A DNA stretch of 64,000 nucleotides from Treponema sp. Lineage in GTDB: Bacteria > Spirochaetota > Spirochaetia > Treponematales > Treponemataceae. A program made the translations under genes and the position numbers. Below, in pieces: positions 1 to 9,494 of the stretch. Location of the stretch: positions 8,078-72,077 of the forward strand of contig JAFUYH010000006.1 of NCBI GenBank assembly GCA_017470605.1, given 5' to 3'. Position 1 is the first letter of the stretch. Each line of letters starts with the position of its first letter. Under the pieces are notes generated by a model. The model was not told the DNA's origin. It did no database searches and saw only the letters and a program-made list of their open reading frames with translations.

Positions 1-1652
1 CTAATCATCTTTGCAACAATTGCATCGTATTCAGCATCTGTCTTTGCATAAATTGCATTCCAGGTTTCATTCTTAATACATTCAGCAACCTGATTCCACT
101 TCATTGTCAAATCATCTGGAACTCCAGCACCAGTAAAGAGAGAACCAGGGCTTACGCGGTAGTTAGACTTCTGCATGTATCTGTTTGGAGTTGTAGCACC
201 AGCCCATTCACGCCAGCGGGCTTCAATATCAGACTGAGCAGGAAGCTGTTCTGATTCCCAGTTAGTCTTGTTGTAAGTTTCGTTTGTTGTAAGAGGGTTG
301 TGTGAATCTTTACACCATGTTGTGTTGTTAATCTGGAAAGCACCGTCGTGGAATGATCCTTTGTAAGGAGCAGGCATTTCTGTGTTGTTCTGGTCTGCCT
401 GAGCCTTCTTACCAAGTTCAGTGAAGTATGTTTTTCCGTCTTTAATATCCCAGCAAACACCGCGAGGACCGTATTCAATTGTCATATATCCTTCTGGAGT
501 AGAGAACCAGTTGATGATTGCAAGACAAAGTTCCGGATAAGCAGTTTTTGCACCGATTGTCCAGAGGCGGTTTCCACCATATACGCTCTGACCATAAACG
601 ATTGGATGAGCATCTTTTGGAAGAACAGGGTACATAGCCTTTCCGCTCTGAACGTGAGCATCTGTGTTATAAGCACCAGAAGCCATCCAGTTAAAGATGT
701 TCCAGAATGCAGTTCCGTTCTGATAGTCTTCAGACATTCCGCCATACTTCTGAGTCATAGAGTCAGGGTCAACCAAACCTTTCTGATTCAACTTGTTGAT
801 GAATTTTAAAGTGTGAAGATATGGGCTGTCTTCTCCAAGACAATCATAGAATTTTCCTGTATCAGGGTCAAAAAGACCAAAGTCAAATTCATCATATCCA
901 TAGTAAGCTGTTGCAAGAGATTTTACATACATTACCATGTTTCCATCCCAGTCGTTAAAGAGGGAAACGCCGTATGTTGGCTTTCCGTTGTCATCTGTAG
1001 GACAGATTTCCTTCATCTTTGCAAGAACATCAACCATGTCATCAAGTGTGTTGATTTCTGGCTTACCAATCTGTTCGTAAAGGTCAAAGCGCAAATCCCA
1101 AGTATAGAAGAATTCCTGAATATCTTTTGCAGATGTAGAAACGTTGAATCCATATCCGTGAAGTTTCTTATCTGGTGAATCCATGAACTTGTTCTTCTGA
1201 AGAGCAAGCTTCATGTTGTTATTGATATATGGTGCCCACTGAGCAAGCATGTTGTCTTCTTCCCAGTCCAAAAGCATTCCTTTTTTGCAGGCAGCAGAAT
1301 ATTTATCTGTATTATCGCCCCAAACTACAATGTCTCCAAGATTGCCGGCTTCCATACGAGTCTGGTATGCTCCGCCTGTATCAGGAATGATGTTAATCTT
1401 TACGTTGAACTTTGCAAGCATTAAGTCTGCAAACCAGCCTGTCTGCATACCTGAATAGTTTGCAAGCTGAGAATAAACATCAAGTGTAACAGTTTCCTTT
1501 GGTCTGATTTTCTTAATGTTTCCTTCTGATTTTGCGGTTGTAGAAATAGCAAGTTCATCTACTCCGTTTTCAGCAGTCTTGCTGCCACCGCAACCAATTA
1601 CCATAGCAGAAAGAGCAAGCGCTCCAGCTAAAGCAAAAAGTGTTTTTTTCAT
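1..1652 (-). CDS. ABC transporter extracellular solute-binding lipoprotein (large LplA-like sugar-binding type); C-terminal end lies outside the window
   Basis: Absent from the ORF track because it is open to position 1. Reading the reverse complement from ATG 1652-1650 gives MKKTLFALAGALALSAMVIGCGGSKTAENGVDE (signal peptide plus lipobox Cys). The same frame is still open at the edge (...YAKTDAEYDAIVAKMI). It lies directly upstream of two sugar-type ABC permeases. Listed ORFs 152-478, 482-745 and 1013-1207 are in another frame and look like junk. Confidence 0.7.
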   Translation of the reverse strand, partial: MKKTLFALAGALALSAMVIGCGGSKTAENGVDELAISTTAKSEGNIKKIRPKETVTLDVYSQLANYSGMQTGWFADLMLAKFNVKINIIPDTGGAYQTRMEAGNLGDIVVWGDNTDKYSAACKKGMLLDWEEDNMLAQWAPYINNNMKLALQKNKFMDSPDKKLHGYGFNVSTSAKDIQEFFYTWDLRFDLYEQIGKPEINTLDDMVDVLAKMKEICPTDDNGKPTYGVSLFNDWDGNMVMYVKSLATAYYGYDEFDFGLFDPDTGKFYDCLGEDSPYLHTLKFINKLNQKGLVDPDSMTQKYGGMSEDYQNGTAFWNIFNWMASGAYNTDAHVQSGKAMYPVLPKDAHPIVYGQSVYGGNRLWTIGAKTAYPELCLAIINWFSTPEGYMTIEYGPRGVCWDIKDGKTYFTELGKKAQADQNNTEMPAPYKGSFHDGAFQINNTTWCKDSHNPLTTNETYNKTNWESEQLPAQSDIEARWREWAGATTPNRYMQKSNYRVSPGSLFTGAGVPDDLTMKWNQVAECIKNETWNAIYAKTDAEYDAIVAKMI

Positions 1653-1745
1653 TTATATCCTCCTGTTGGAATTAACATTTTAAGTGGAAGATTCTAAAAA
1701 ATTGCTCCGCACTGCTCGCAATTTTTTTTAACGAATCTTCTATTA

Positions 1746-2648
1746 TTAACCTTTTACAGCACCCAGCATGATTCCCTTTACAAAGTATTTCTGCATGAAA
1801 GGGTAAACCAGCAGAATTGGAATTGCAGTTACCATGGCAACTGTATACTGGATAGATTTTGTATTCATCATTTCCTGGCGCTGAGCCTCGCTTAAACCTG
1901 TGGTAGAAGTTCCCATAGAAGCCGCAAGGTTAGAAGACTGGGTAAGGTAAATGTAGAGTCGTTCCTGAAGTGTCTTAAGATGCGGAGCACCACTCATCAA
2001 AACCAGAGAATCCTGGAAAGAGTTCCAGTGACCTACCGCACACCAGATGGCGATTGTTGCAAGAATAGGTTTTGAAAGCGGCCAGATAATCTTTAAGAAG
2101 ATTGTAAAGTAAGAGGCTCCGTCTATCTGGGCACTTTCTTCCAGTTCAGCCGGAATAGATTCAATATAAGTTTTTACCATGATGATGTTATAAACACTTA
2201 CAAGCCCCGGGATAATATAACCCAGAAAATTATTTGTAAGGCCCAGCATCTGCATGGTGGTAAACCAAGGAATAAGACCGGCACTAAAGTACATGGTTAC
2301 AATCATAAAGCGGTAGGCAAGCTTTCTGTGCCACATTTCTTTTTTTGTAACCAGATAGCCTACAAAGCCGGAAACAGCTGTAGAAGTTGCCGTACCAATC
2401 AAAGTGCGGGCAAGTGTTACTAAAAAAGAAGTACCAAGACCGCTAACATTACGCAGATTGTAGTAATTCTTGAACTGAATTCCTCGCGGATAAAAGTTTA
2501 TAAGACCGCGGGCAACAAGTCCGTTATTAGAAATTGTATTTATAAAAAGATAATAAAATGGAAATACGCAGAGAATTGTAAAGATTACAAAAAATGCGTA
2601 GTTTATTACATTAAAAACTATATCACTAATCGATTTTCTTTCTACCAT
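1746..2648 (-). CDS. sugar ABC transporter permease (LplC-like)
   Basis: 300 aa, polytopic, EAA loop ESAQIDGASYFTIFLKIIWPLSKP. GAGG RBS; 12-nt gap from the upstream permease. Confidence 0.85.
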   Translation of the reverse strand: MVERKSISDIVFNVINYAFFVIFTILCVFPFYYLFINTISNNGLVARGLINFYPRGIQFKNYYNLRNVSGLGTSFLVTLARTLIGTATSTAVSGFVGYLVTKKEMWHRKLAYRFMIVTMYFSAGLIPWFTTMQMLGLTNNFLGYIIPGLVSVYNIIMVKTYIESIPAELEESAQIDGASYFTIFLKIIWPLSKPILATIAIWCAVGHWNSFQDSLVLMSGAPHLKTLQERLYIYLTQSSNLAASMGTSTTGLSEAQRQEMMNTKSIQYTVAMVTAIPILLVYPFMQKYFVKGIMLGAVKG

Positions 2649-2660
2649 AATCTGACCTCA

Positions 2661-4880
2661 CTAGAAAATTGAGCTTCCGCGAACCCACTTTGAAATCTTG
2701 TTGGTAATGAACAACAAAATCACACTGACTAAAGACTTGAACATACTTACAACCGTAGAGAACGGAATGTTGCTGTTTGAAGTCTGTCCAAAGCTCAACT
2801 GATATACATACAAATCAAGAACTTCTATAGGATTCTTGTTTGTAGGGTTTTTGAATACAAGGTACTGGTCCATACCATTGCTCAAAATATTTGAAACAGA
2901 AAGAATCAAAAGAACGATGTAAGTTGGGAAAAGTTCTGGAATTGTAATATGCCAGATTTTCTGGAATCGTCCTGCGCCGTCCACTGTGGCGGCTTCGTAA
3001 AGCTGCTGGTCAATTCCGGAAATTGCGGCAATATACATAATGGCAGACCATCCAAGGCCTTTCCATGTTCCCCAAAGCCACATCTTTACCCAGATAAGGT
3101 GTTCACCCATCAGCATGTTTACGCCTTTTTCCCATATTCCGCTGTTTACCATAAGACTGGAAATAAAGCCTTCTGTACCAAAAATACAGAAAGCGATGGC
3201 ATAAACTAAAACCCAGGAAATAAAGTTAGGGATTGTTGTTAATGTCTGAATGACCTTGCGGGCCTGGGTGTTTTTAATTTCCGAAAGGAAGATGGCAAAA
3301 ATCATAGGGAGCCAGCTGGTAGCAATTCCAAGGCCGCTCATTACAAGAGTATTTCTTAAAACACGAAGAATATCGGAGCGGGTTGCGGCATTTTCAAAAG
3401 GAGCTTTAAACCATTTGAGTCCTACCCACTTATCCATAGAAAGGGTGTCGCCGGCATTGTAGTCAAAGAAAGCATAGCGCCAGCCCCACAAAGGCAGGTA
3501 ACTGAAAATGAATACAAGCAGAAGGAATGGCAGCAGCATAAGGAAAAGCTGGAGGGGTGCTTCTATGTGGCATTTTTCACCTTTTTCTGGCGCAGGGCTT
3601 TTTATAAAGGCAACAAGGGCACAGACAAAGATAAAGGCAAGCAGAACACAGAAAAGAGGCACTGTATGCGGCTCAAGAGGTTCTATTTTTGCAACATTTT
3701 CGCTGGAAGTAAGCAGGTTGTAGGCATGAAGAAGGCCGAACATACTGGCAAAGGAGGCGGCGCTTCCGGCTAAGATTGTAATGTGGGCGTAACGCTTTAG
3801 TTTGCTGTTGCCCACGGACATACAGGAACCTGCGCCGCATGCAATGATTCCAAGGCAGGCTACAAGGCTGGAAATAAAGGCAGCCACCATAACGCTTTCT
3901 GGAAGCCAGCCGCGGATAAAGAGGCGTTCCATATTCTGGGTGTAGGTTCCGTAAGAAAAGCCTGCCGTGAACAAGGAAACGTTGCGGCTGATGTTCAGGG
4001 AAATGCGGGCCGGGTTTGCCCCAGGAATAAAGAGCAGCACAAAAAGAAGAAGAGCCAGCAGACGGTAAGTAATCTGGAAAGGCTGTACGTTCAAAGCAGA
4101 TTTTACTTTGCTGCCGTCTTCTGCAAGTTCAGCTTTTTCTACAAAAATAAGGGCAAGTGCAAGAAGCAGGGCAATTACGCTGAAAGTAATGAATGTTCCT
4201 GCCCCATTGGGATTAATTGCGGCAACATCAAGCGAATCAAGGGCAGAAGCAAAACTGGCTTGGGCAGCGGCATAAGTGGTCATAGAAAAAATCGTGAGTA
4301 CAGAACCTGCACAAATCACAATGTTTCCAATTTTTCTGATTTTATTGCTTCCGCAGGCAAGATAAACGCCGATTATACAGATAAAAATTGCAATAAAAGT
4401 AAAAATGCTGTCTTTGCGGCCATCTTCAAGAGCCTGTGCAATCTGCAGATGGCGGCCTTTAAAGGCATTCCATTCTGCCGCAAAACTGTTTGCCTTGATT
4501 TTTTTTGCCTTGGCATTTTCGTCAAAATCATCAAAAACAAGGTCACTTGAATCTGCTGCTGCAGAATTTTCTACCATTGCGGCAAAATTTGAATAAAAAT
4601 CATCATAAGATTCAGAATCTGCTTCAGCTTCATCTGTACTTTCACCGGCATTTACCCCTGCTTTTTCTGCTTCCAGAAGAGGGGCAACATATCCGCGGAA
4701 ATAAAATGCTGACTTTACAATGGATGTTCCGGAATCCATTCGGGAAGAAAATCGGGCAGGATTCAGATGCCCGATAAACATAAAAATAAAAAGCAATAGA
4801 ATTGAGATTTTTGATGCCCAGCTCAGGCCAGAAGTAATGTACTTTTGAATCTCAAACGTTTTCGTAATCTTATCCTTCAT
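2661..4880 (-). CDS. sugar ABC transporter permease (LplB-like) with a ~430-aa N-terminal polytopic extension
   Basis: The C-terminal ~300 aa carries the EAA loop YEAATVDGAGRFQKIWHITIPELFP. The N-terminal part has many extra hydrophobic helices and an acidic stretch GESTDEAEADSESYDDF. Confidence 0.8.
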   Translation of the reverse strand: MKDKITKTFEIQKYITSGLSWASKISILLLFIFMFIGHLNPARFSSRMDSGTSIVKSAFYFRGYVAPLLEAEKAGVNAGESTDEAEADSESYDDFYSNFAAMVENSAAADSSDLVFDDFDENAKAKKIKANSFAAEWNAFKGRHLQIAQALEDGRKDSIFTFIAIFICIIGVYLACGSNKIRKIGNIVICAGSVLTIFSMTTYAAAQASFASALDSLDVAAINPNGAGTFITFSVIALLLALALIFVEKAELAEDGSKVKSALNVQPFQITYRLLALLLFVLLFIPGANPARISLNISRNVSLFTAGFSYGTYTQNMERLFIRGWLPESVMVAAFISSLVACLGIIACGAGSCMSVGNSKLKRYAHITILAGSAASFASMFGLLHAYNLLTSSENVAKIEPLEPHTVPLFCVLLAFIFVCALVAFIKSPAPEKGEKCHIEAPLQLFLMLLPFLLLVFIFSYLPLWGWRYAFFDYNAGDTLSMDKWVGLKWFKAPFENAATRSDILRVLRNTLVMSGLGIATSWLPMIFAIFLSEIKNTQARKVIQTLTTIPNFISWVLVYAIAFCIFGTEGFISSLMVNSGIWEKGVNMLMGEHLIWVKMWLWGTWKGLGWSAIMYIAAISGIDQQLYEAATVDGAGRFQKIWHITIPELFPTYIVLLILSVSNILSNGMDQYLVFKNPTNKNPIEVLDLYVYQLSFGQTSNSNIPFSTVVSMFKSLVSVILLFITNKISKWVRGSSIF

Positions 4881-4966
4881 TTTATACCCTATTTTGACAT
4901 TAAATCACTTGTATTATAAATGCAGGATAAAAAAAAGAAATTAATATCAACTTTGATTATTAGACA

Positions 4967-6064
4967 TCATTTATCAAAATTTTTATAAATCGTTTTTATG
5001 TTTTCTGCGATAAAAGTTGCATTGCTTACATAGATTGGTCTGTTTGCAAGAACAATAATAGAAAGCTTGTTGTCAAAATCATAATAATTATAGGAATTAA
5101 ACACGTTTGTTGTCCCGGAATGAAACATTGTCTTGTTTTTAACGTAAACTCCATAACCGTAAGATTCTGTATCAATCATCTGGTGCAAAGACTTTTTACT
5201 TACAATTTTTCCGTTTGCAAAAAGTACATTCCATTTAAACAAATCTGTCACAGAAGAATTTACATCTCCACAGCCGGTTGCAAGGCTTGCGGGAATACTG
5301 TAATAGCGTCCATAGCGGTCATAAGCTTTTGTATCAGTAGCCTGAAATTCAAGATTTGAATGTGTCATCCCGGCCTTTTTGAAGATGTTTTTTTCTATAT
5401 ATTCTTCATAAGGCATACCGCTTACCTGTTCTATTATTTTTGCCAGCAGGAAATAATTTGTATTGCAGTAAAAATATGTGCTGTTTGGCTTTGCAAGAAG
5501 GGGGGCGTCATAAAAATAAGTGAGGACTAAATCTTTATCCAGCGGTTTGCAGGCAAGCTGATTTTTATCTATAAGACGATAAATATTTACTGGGAAAAAT
5601 TCATCGGCTTCATTTATATGGTCTGTAAGGCCTGAACGCATATTCAGAAGCATTTCTACTGTAATTTCATTGCCATGCTCATAGTCCGGGAAAAATTTAG
5701 AGATATAATCGCTTACATTCAGTTTTTTCTTTTCTACCAGCTGCATGATGGCGGCAGCGGTCATCTGTTTGGAAATTGAACCGGTTTCAAAGGTGGCATT
5801 CAGAAAAATTACGTGCGATGCATCATCTTTCGGGTCACAGCGGCCAAATCCTTTTGCAAAGATGATTTCCTTATCTTTTCCTACAAGAACCGCGCCCTGA
5901 AACTTTAAGTCCTGAAGATAGGAGTCAAGGGCAAGGGTAAAAGAACTGTACTGGGGATTTATGATTTGAGTTCCGTCCCAGGATTTATTTTTAAATGTTG
6001 CACAACTGACCAGAAAAAAGGAGGCAATGACGAAAAAAAAGCTGTGTGGAAACTTTGATTTCAT
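4967..6064 (-). CDS. serine hydrolase of the beta-lactamase/transpeptidase-like family, lipoprotein
   Basis: SxxK in TGSISKQ and Y-x-N in YFYCNTNY; signal peptide with lipobox FFLVSC. Start moved to ATG 6064 (GGAGG 5 nt upstream); the track ATG 6076 sits inside that RBS. Confidence 0.75.
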   Translation of the reverse strand: MKSKFPHSFFFVIASFFLVSCATFKNKSWDGTQIINPQYSSFTLALDSYLQDLKFQGAVLVGKDKEIIFAKGFGRCDPKDDASHVIFLNATFETGSISKQMTAAAIMQLVEKKKLNVSDYISKFFPDYEHGNEITVEMLLNMRSGLTDHINEADEFFPVNIYRLIDKNQLACKPLDKDLVLTYFYDAPLLAKPNSTYFYCNTNYFLLAKIIEQVSGMPYEEYIEKNIFKKAGMTHSNLEFQATDTKAYDRYGRYYSIPASLATGCGDVNSSVTDLFKWNVLFANGKIVSKKSLHQMIDTESYGYGVYVKNKTMFHSGTTNVFNSYNYYDFDNKLSIIVLANRPIYVSNATFIAENIKTIYKNFDK

Positions 6065-6098
6065 ATTTACCTCCATTTTTAAGGTTTGTCTTTATATT

Positions 6099-6842
6099 TT
6101 ATTTGTTTTTGTTGATGATGCGACTTTCGTACTTTCCGCTTTTCAGGTCTATGTAGCGCACAAAAAGCGAAACCTTGTTATCAGCATTCAAGGCATTCCA
6201 GATTTCATCGGCAAAAGAGTCGATGTTTCCGCGGAGGGCGAGTTTTACAGGTTCGCCTTCAAAACTTGGAAGAGGATTTCCGTCTTCCATATAAGTATGA
6301 ATATAGTGACCTTCTCCATTCTGCGGATTATCATAAGTGTAAGTAAAGCGCAGGGTATTGTCACCGTTTCCGCAGTCACTTTTAAGGATAGAAAGTGAAT
6401 AGGCATAGCCGCCATCTGCACCGCCCTTCAAATCCAGAAGGGAAGAAATGCGCGGTGTGTAATTTGGAGCATCGTGCTCATATTTACGGCTGCGCAAAGA
6501 CTGTTCAAAGGTGAGTCCCTTTTTCAGTCCGTCATAAATTGTATCTGTCTGGTCGCCGTTTGTTACGATTGTTTTTTCGCCAAGAGTGCGAACTGCTGCA
6601 TAAATAATAAGGCTTGGGTCTCCGGCAATCAGGCTTTCGTCAAAAGCCTTTGTGCGGATAACTTCTGTTCCGCCTTCGCCATCCATGCTGCTTACAAAAA
6701 TACGGTTGCGGCTTCCTGCACTGCGTCCCATTGTCCAGTATGCAGAAACAGCATATTTTCCGTCTTCTGATTTTCCAGCTATAATTCCGCGTCCTGGATA
6801 ACTTGTGCGGGAAAGTTCATCTTTTATTTCAAGAATTTTCAT
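6099..6842 (-). CDS. IMP cyclohydrolase-like protein (PurO/archaeal-type family)
   Basis: The N-terminus SYPGRGIIAGKSEDGKYAVSAYWTMGRSAGSRNRIF matches the pattern I associate with PurO-type IMP cyclohydrolase. GAGG RBS upstream. Confidence 0.55.
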   Translation of the reverse strand: MKILEIKDELSRTSYPGRGIIAGKSEDGKYAVSAYWTMGRSAGSRNRIFVSSMDGEGGTEVIRTKAFDESLIAGDPSLIIYAAVRTLGEKTIVTNGDQTDTIYDGLKKGLTFEQSLRSRKYEHDAPNYTPRISSLLDLKGGADGGYAYSLSILKSDCGNGDNTLRFTYTYDNPQNGEGHYIHTYMEDGNPLPSFEGEPVKLALRGNIDSFADEIWNALNADNKVSLFVRYIDLKSGKYESRIINKNK

Positions 6843-6857
6843 TATATTAACCTCTTT

Positions 6858-7763
6858 TTAAGCATTTCTTGTTTTTTCTACAGCGTCGTGCTGTTCATTC
6901 AGAATTTCCATTACACGGTCTACGGTCTTCTGCTTTGGATCAGGGTCATCTGCAGGAAGTTTTGAAAGAACATCATTTCTGAATTCCTTACAATTGATTA
7001 CAGGACTTGCTGTAAGAGTAACTGTGTCTGCTTCAAGAATGTCTGAAAGCATATCTTCCGGGTCATCTGGATTCAGGCGCAGGGCATTTCCGTTAATAGA
7101 AACAAGAATCATGTTTTCAAAAAGGCGAAGATAACTGTCTATTTCCCTTAATCCCCGTTTTGTCTCTGGTTTGCCCGGGCGATAACGAGTTCCGCTTGGG
7201 AATACCAGAATGATTTGACCGCGCTTTTTGCAGCTGTCCATTGCCCTCATTGCGGCAAAGTTGATTTTGCGGGCCTTCTGCTCTTCTGCCTGTTTTTCTT
7301 CTTCAGAAATTGCCTTGCCTTCTACGGCGTTCAGAGAACGGGTCGGGTAAATTACTACGCGGGTAAAACCTTCTGTAAAGGCACGAACACCGGCACTTGC
7401 TTCATTCAGTTTCATTCCGGCAACGGCTACAATGCGGGATGCAAAGTCCTTTGCCCAAGGTTCGCCTTCTTTTTCCAAAAGATAAAGGATTGCTGGAAGG
7501 TCAAGATTGGAATAATGTTCCATAAGAATCAGGCCGTTTTTACCTTCATTTACAACTGATTCATAGAATTTCTTGAAATTTTCAATGTTGTTGAGTCCCG
7601 AATCGCTCTTAAAATATTCATCAAGAACGCGGTACATATATTTGCGCGACTCAAGATTTGCTTCTTCGTAAACCTTGGTCTCATCAATTTTTGCAGCAGC
7701 CTTAGAGATTTTTAACATCTCTGCAAAAAGGCTGCCGTATTTTTCTTTTAATGTGATTCCCAT
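6858..7763 (-). CDS. lysophospholipid/glycerol-phosphate acyltransferase family protein (PlsC-like)
   Basis: HX4D motif in MEHYSNLD and a block III-like VFPSGTR. Start set at ATG 7763 (GAGGA 8 nt upstream); the track start 7778 is TTG. Confidence 0.6.
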   Translation of the reverse strand: MGITLKEKYGSLFAEMLKISKAAAKIDETKVYEEANLESRKYMYRVLDEYFKSDSGLNNIENFKKFYESVVNEGKNGLILMEHYSNLDLPAILYLLEKEGEPWAKDFASRIVAVAGMKLNEASAGVRAFTEGFTRVVIYPTRSLNAVEGKAISEEEKQAEEQKARKINFAAMRAMDSCKKRGQIILVFPSGTRYRPGKPETKRGLREIDSYLRLFENMILVSINGNALRLNPDDPEDMLSDILEADTVTLTASPVINCKEFRNDVLSKLPADDPDPKQKTVDRVMEILNEQHDAVEKTRNA

Positions 7764-7832
7764 TACAAAAATCCTCAAAAAGTTGTTATATTCTTAAAAG
7801 TATATTCTATTTCAAGGATTTTGTACATTCCA

Positions 7833-9317
7833 TTACCTTGCCTTGGGTGGGGCCGGCGGCTTCTGACGTGAATCAAATTTTCCGCCAAAAGTTTTAGGCT
7901 CTGCGAATTCCATTTCTATGCCTACAAGCTGGCCGCCGTCTTTAAGTTTAATTGTCTTGCCCTTAAGCTTCTTGTTTTCTGCCGCATTTTTATTGTAATA
8001 AATTGTATGCCCGTTAGAAACAATGTTTGAACCTTTCTTATCTTCCAGCGAAAGAACGTTCACATAAGCATCATCTGTAAGGGTAAGCAATGCCGATTTA
8101 TCAAGATAAAGATTTACCTTTCCCTGCTTTTCTGAATTGATTGAGCCTGTAAATACAGTTCCGGCATTAAAATAAAGGCTTGCGCTGCTTATTTCATCTA
8201 CTTCAATACTTCCTTCCAATACCTGATTTTCTGCTGTAAATTCCAGACTTCCGCCGTTTGCACCTTTGCGTCCCCACCCCCTCTCTGAATTATTCTGAGA
8301 AACCTGAATAAGTTTTCCAGTCTGATTCACGAGTTTTGTATTTTTAAGATTTGCCTTTGCAGAAGTATTTGTTACATAAAAAAATGCCCCGTCAGAAGTG
8401 CTTGTGAGTGTAGAATCTTCAACCGTAAAAACAGAAGTTCCCTGACCTGCATCGCCGCTCATACTCTGGTAAAGCATAACGGCACTTCCTGTATTGCCAT
8501 GCCCTGTTTTTGTTCCGCCAGTGATATTAGAATTTTTGATTGAAATTGAATTCTTTCCTTCAATCACGGCAATCTCTGAACCGGTCGCAACCCCTTGCAG
8601 GTTGCTTACCTGAATGTTTCCTGTTGAATAGATTACAGGAGACCCTTCTCCAGAAGTTAAAGCCTTGCCTCCGTCTGCGCTCACATTACCTTCGCCCCTG
8701 TCTGTTGCAAAAGCGGCACAGTGAGCACCTTCTGTAGTAATATCTACATTTTTTGCAGAAATTGTTCCGCCGTAAGTTGAATCAAGCCCGCGGGAAGAAT
8801 TCTGCTTTGTATAAATTTTTATTCCGTCTATCTGAATATTGCTCTTTTTGCCAGTTGCAAACACAGCATTTGAACCGTCTGCATCTGAATAAACTTCTAC
8901 ATTTGAAAGCGTAAGATTTCCTTCTGTAACAACCAGGGCTGCATTAAGTCCATAAAAATTGCTCTGTCCGTCATTAGAAGAATTTCCGCCTTTTTTATTG
9001 AAAGTTGAATCAGAAACAGAAACTTCTGCCCCATGGTGAACCAAAAGAACGCTCTGGTCTTCCTTACTTGCAGTAAGATTTTCATTACTTAAAACTGCAT
9101 CCTGGCTCAGAACTTTTTCTGCAGTAAGTTCCGGCTTTTCTTCATCAGGAACGCTTCCAAAACCTTCCGGCGGTTCGCCAGGCATTTCAGGAGGTTCCTC
9201 TTCAGAACCGCTGTGGCCTCCAGGTCCGCCCGGCCCTCCAAATCCGCCAAACTTCTGCGCAACCACAAAAAGTGAAAGGCAGCCTGCAATCAAAACTCCT
9301 GCTAAAATCTTTTTCAT
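7833..9317 (-). CDS. secreted parallel beta-helix protein, resembles the Cthe_2159-type carbohydrate-binding family
   Basis: Signal peptide MKKILAGVLIAGCLSLFVVAQ, then a Gly/Pro/Glu-rich spacer (GGFGGPGGPGG...). After that come periodic short-strand repeats (SNAVFATGKKSNIQIDGIKIYT, GAHCAAFATDRGEGNVSADGG, GSPVIYSTGNIQVSN, SEIAVIEGKNSISIKNSNITGG). Start set at ATG 9317 with AAGGAG upstream; the track start 9344 is TTG. Confidence 0.45.
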   Translation of the reverse strand: MKKILAGVLIAGCLSLFVVAQKFGGFGGPGGPGGHSGSEEEPPEMPGEPPEGFGSVPDEEKPELTAEKVLSQDAVLSNENLTASKEDQSVLLVHHGAEVSVSDSTFNKKGGNSSNDGQSNFYGLNAALVVTEGNLTLSNVEVYSDADGSNAVFATGKKSNIQIDGIKIYTKQNSSRGLDSTYGGTISAKNVDITTEGAHCAAFATDRGEGNVSADGGKALTSGEGSPVIYSTGNIQVSNLQGVATGSEIAVIEGKNSISIKNSNITGGTKTGHGNTGSAVMLYQSMSGDAGQGTSVFTVEDSTLTSTSDGAFFYVTNTSAKANLKNTKLVNQTGKLIQVSQNNSERGWGRKGANGGSLEFTAENQVLEGSIEVDEISSASLYFNAGTVFTGSINSEKQGKVNLYLDKSALLTLTDDAYVNVLSLEDKKGSNIVSNGHTIYYNKNAAENKKLKGKTIKLKDGGQLVGIEMEFAEPKTFGGKFDSRQKPPAPPKAR

Positions 9318-9449
9318 AAATAACTCCTTAAGCCCCACAGGCAAAATCTAAAAAATAAATGCCCGCTCCCCAAACAGGTTACTCACTTTTTCTTAAGAGA
9401 ATTCTTATCAGACCAGGCAGCTTGCAGAATCCCCAAGCCTCAAATTCAC

Positions 9450-9477
9450 TTGTAAAAGCACAAATATGTAGTATACT
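9450..9477 (+). promoter_or_regulatory. sigma70-like promoter candidate for the GH10 gene
   Basis: TTGTAA, 16-nt spacer, TATACT; about 18 nt upstream of ATG 9495. Confidence 0.35.
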
Positions 9478-9494
9478 AGAATATGAGGAAGAAT

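Noticed and set aside
152-1207. Several short ORFs on both strands (152-478, 482-745, 606-809, 813-1178, 1013-1207)
   Set aside because: All lie inside the solute-binding protein gene, which is open from 1652 to the window edge in a different frame, and their translations look random.
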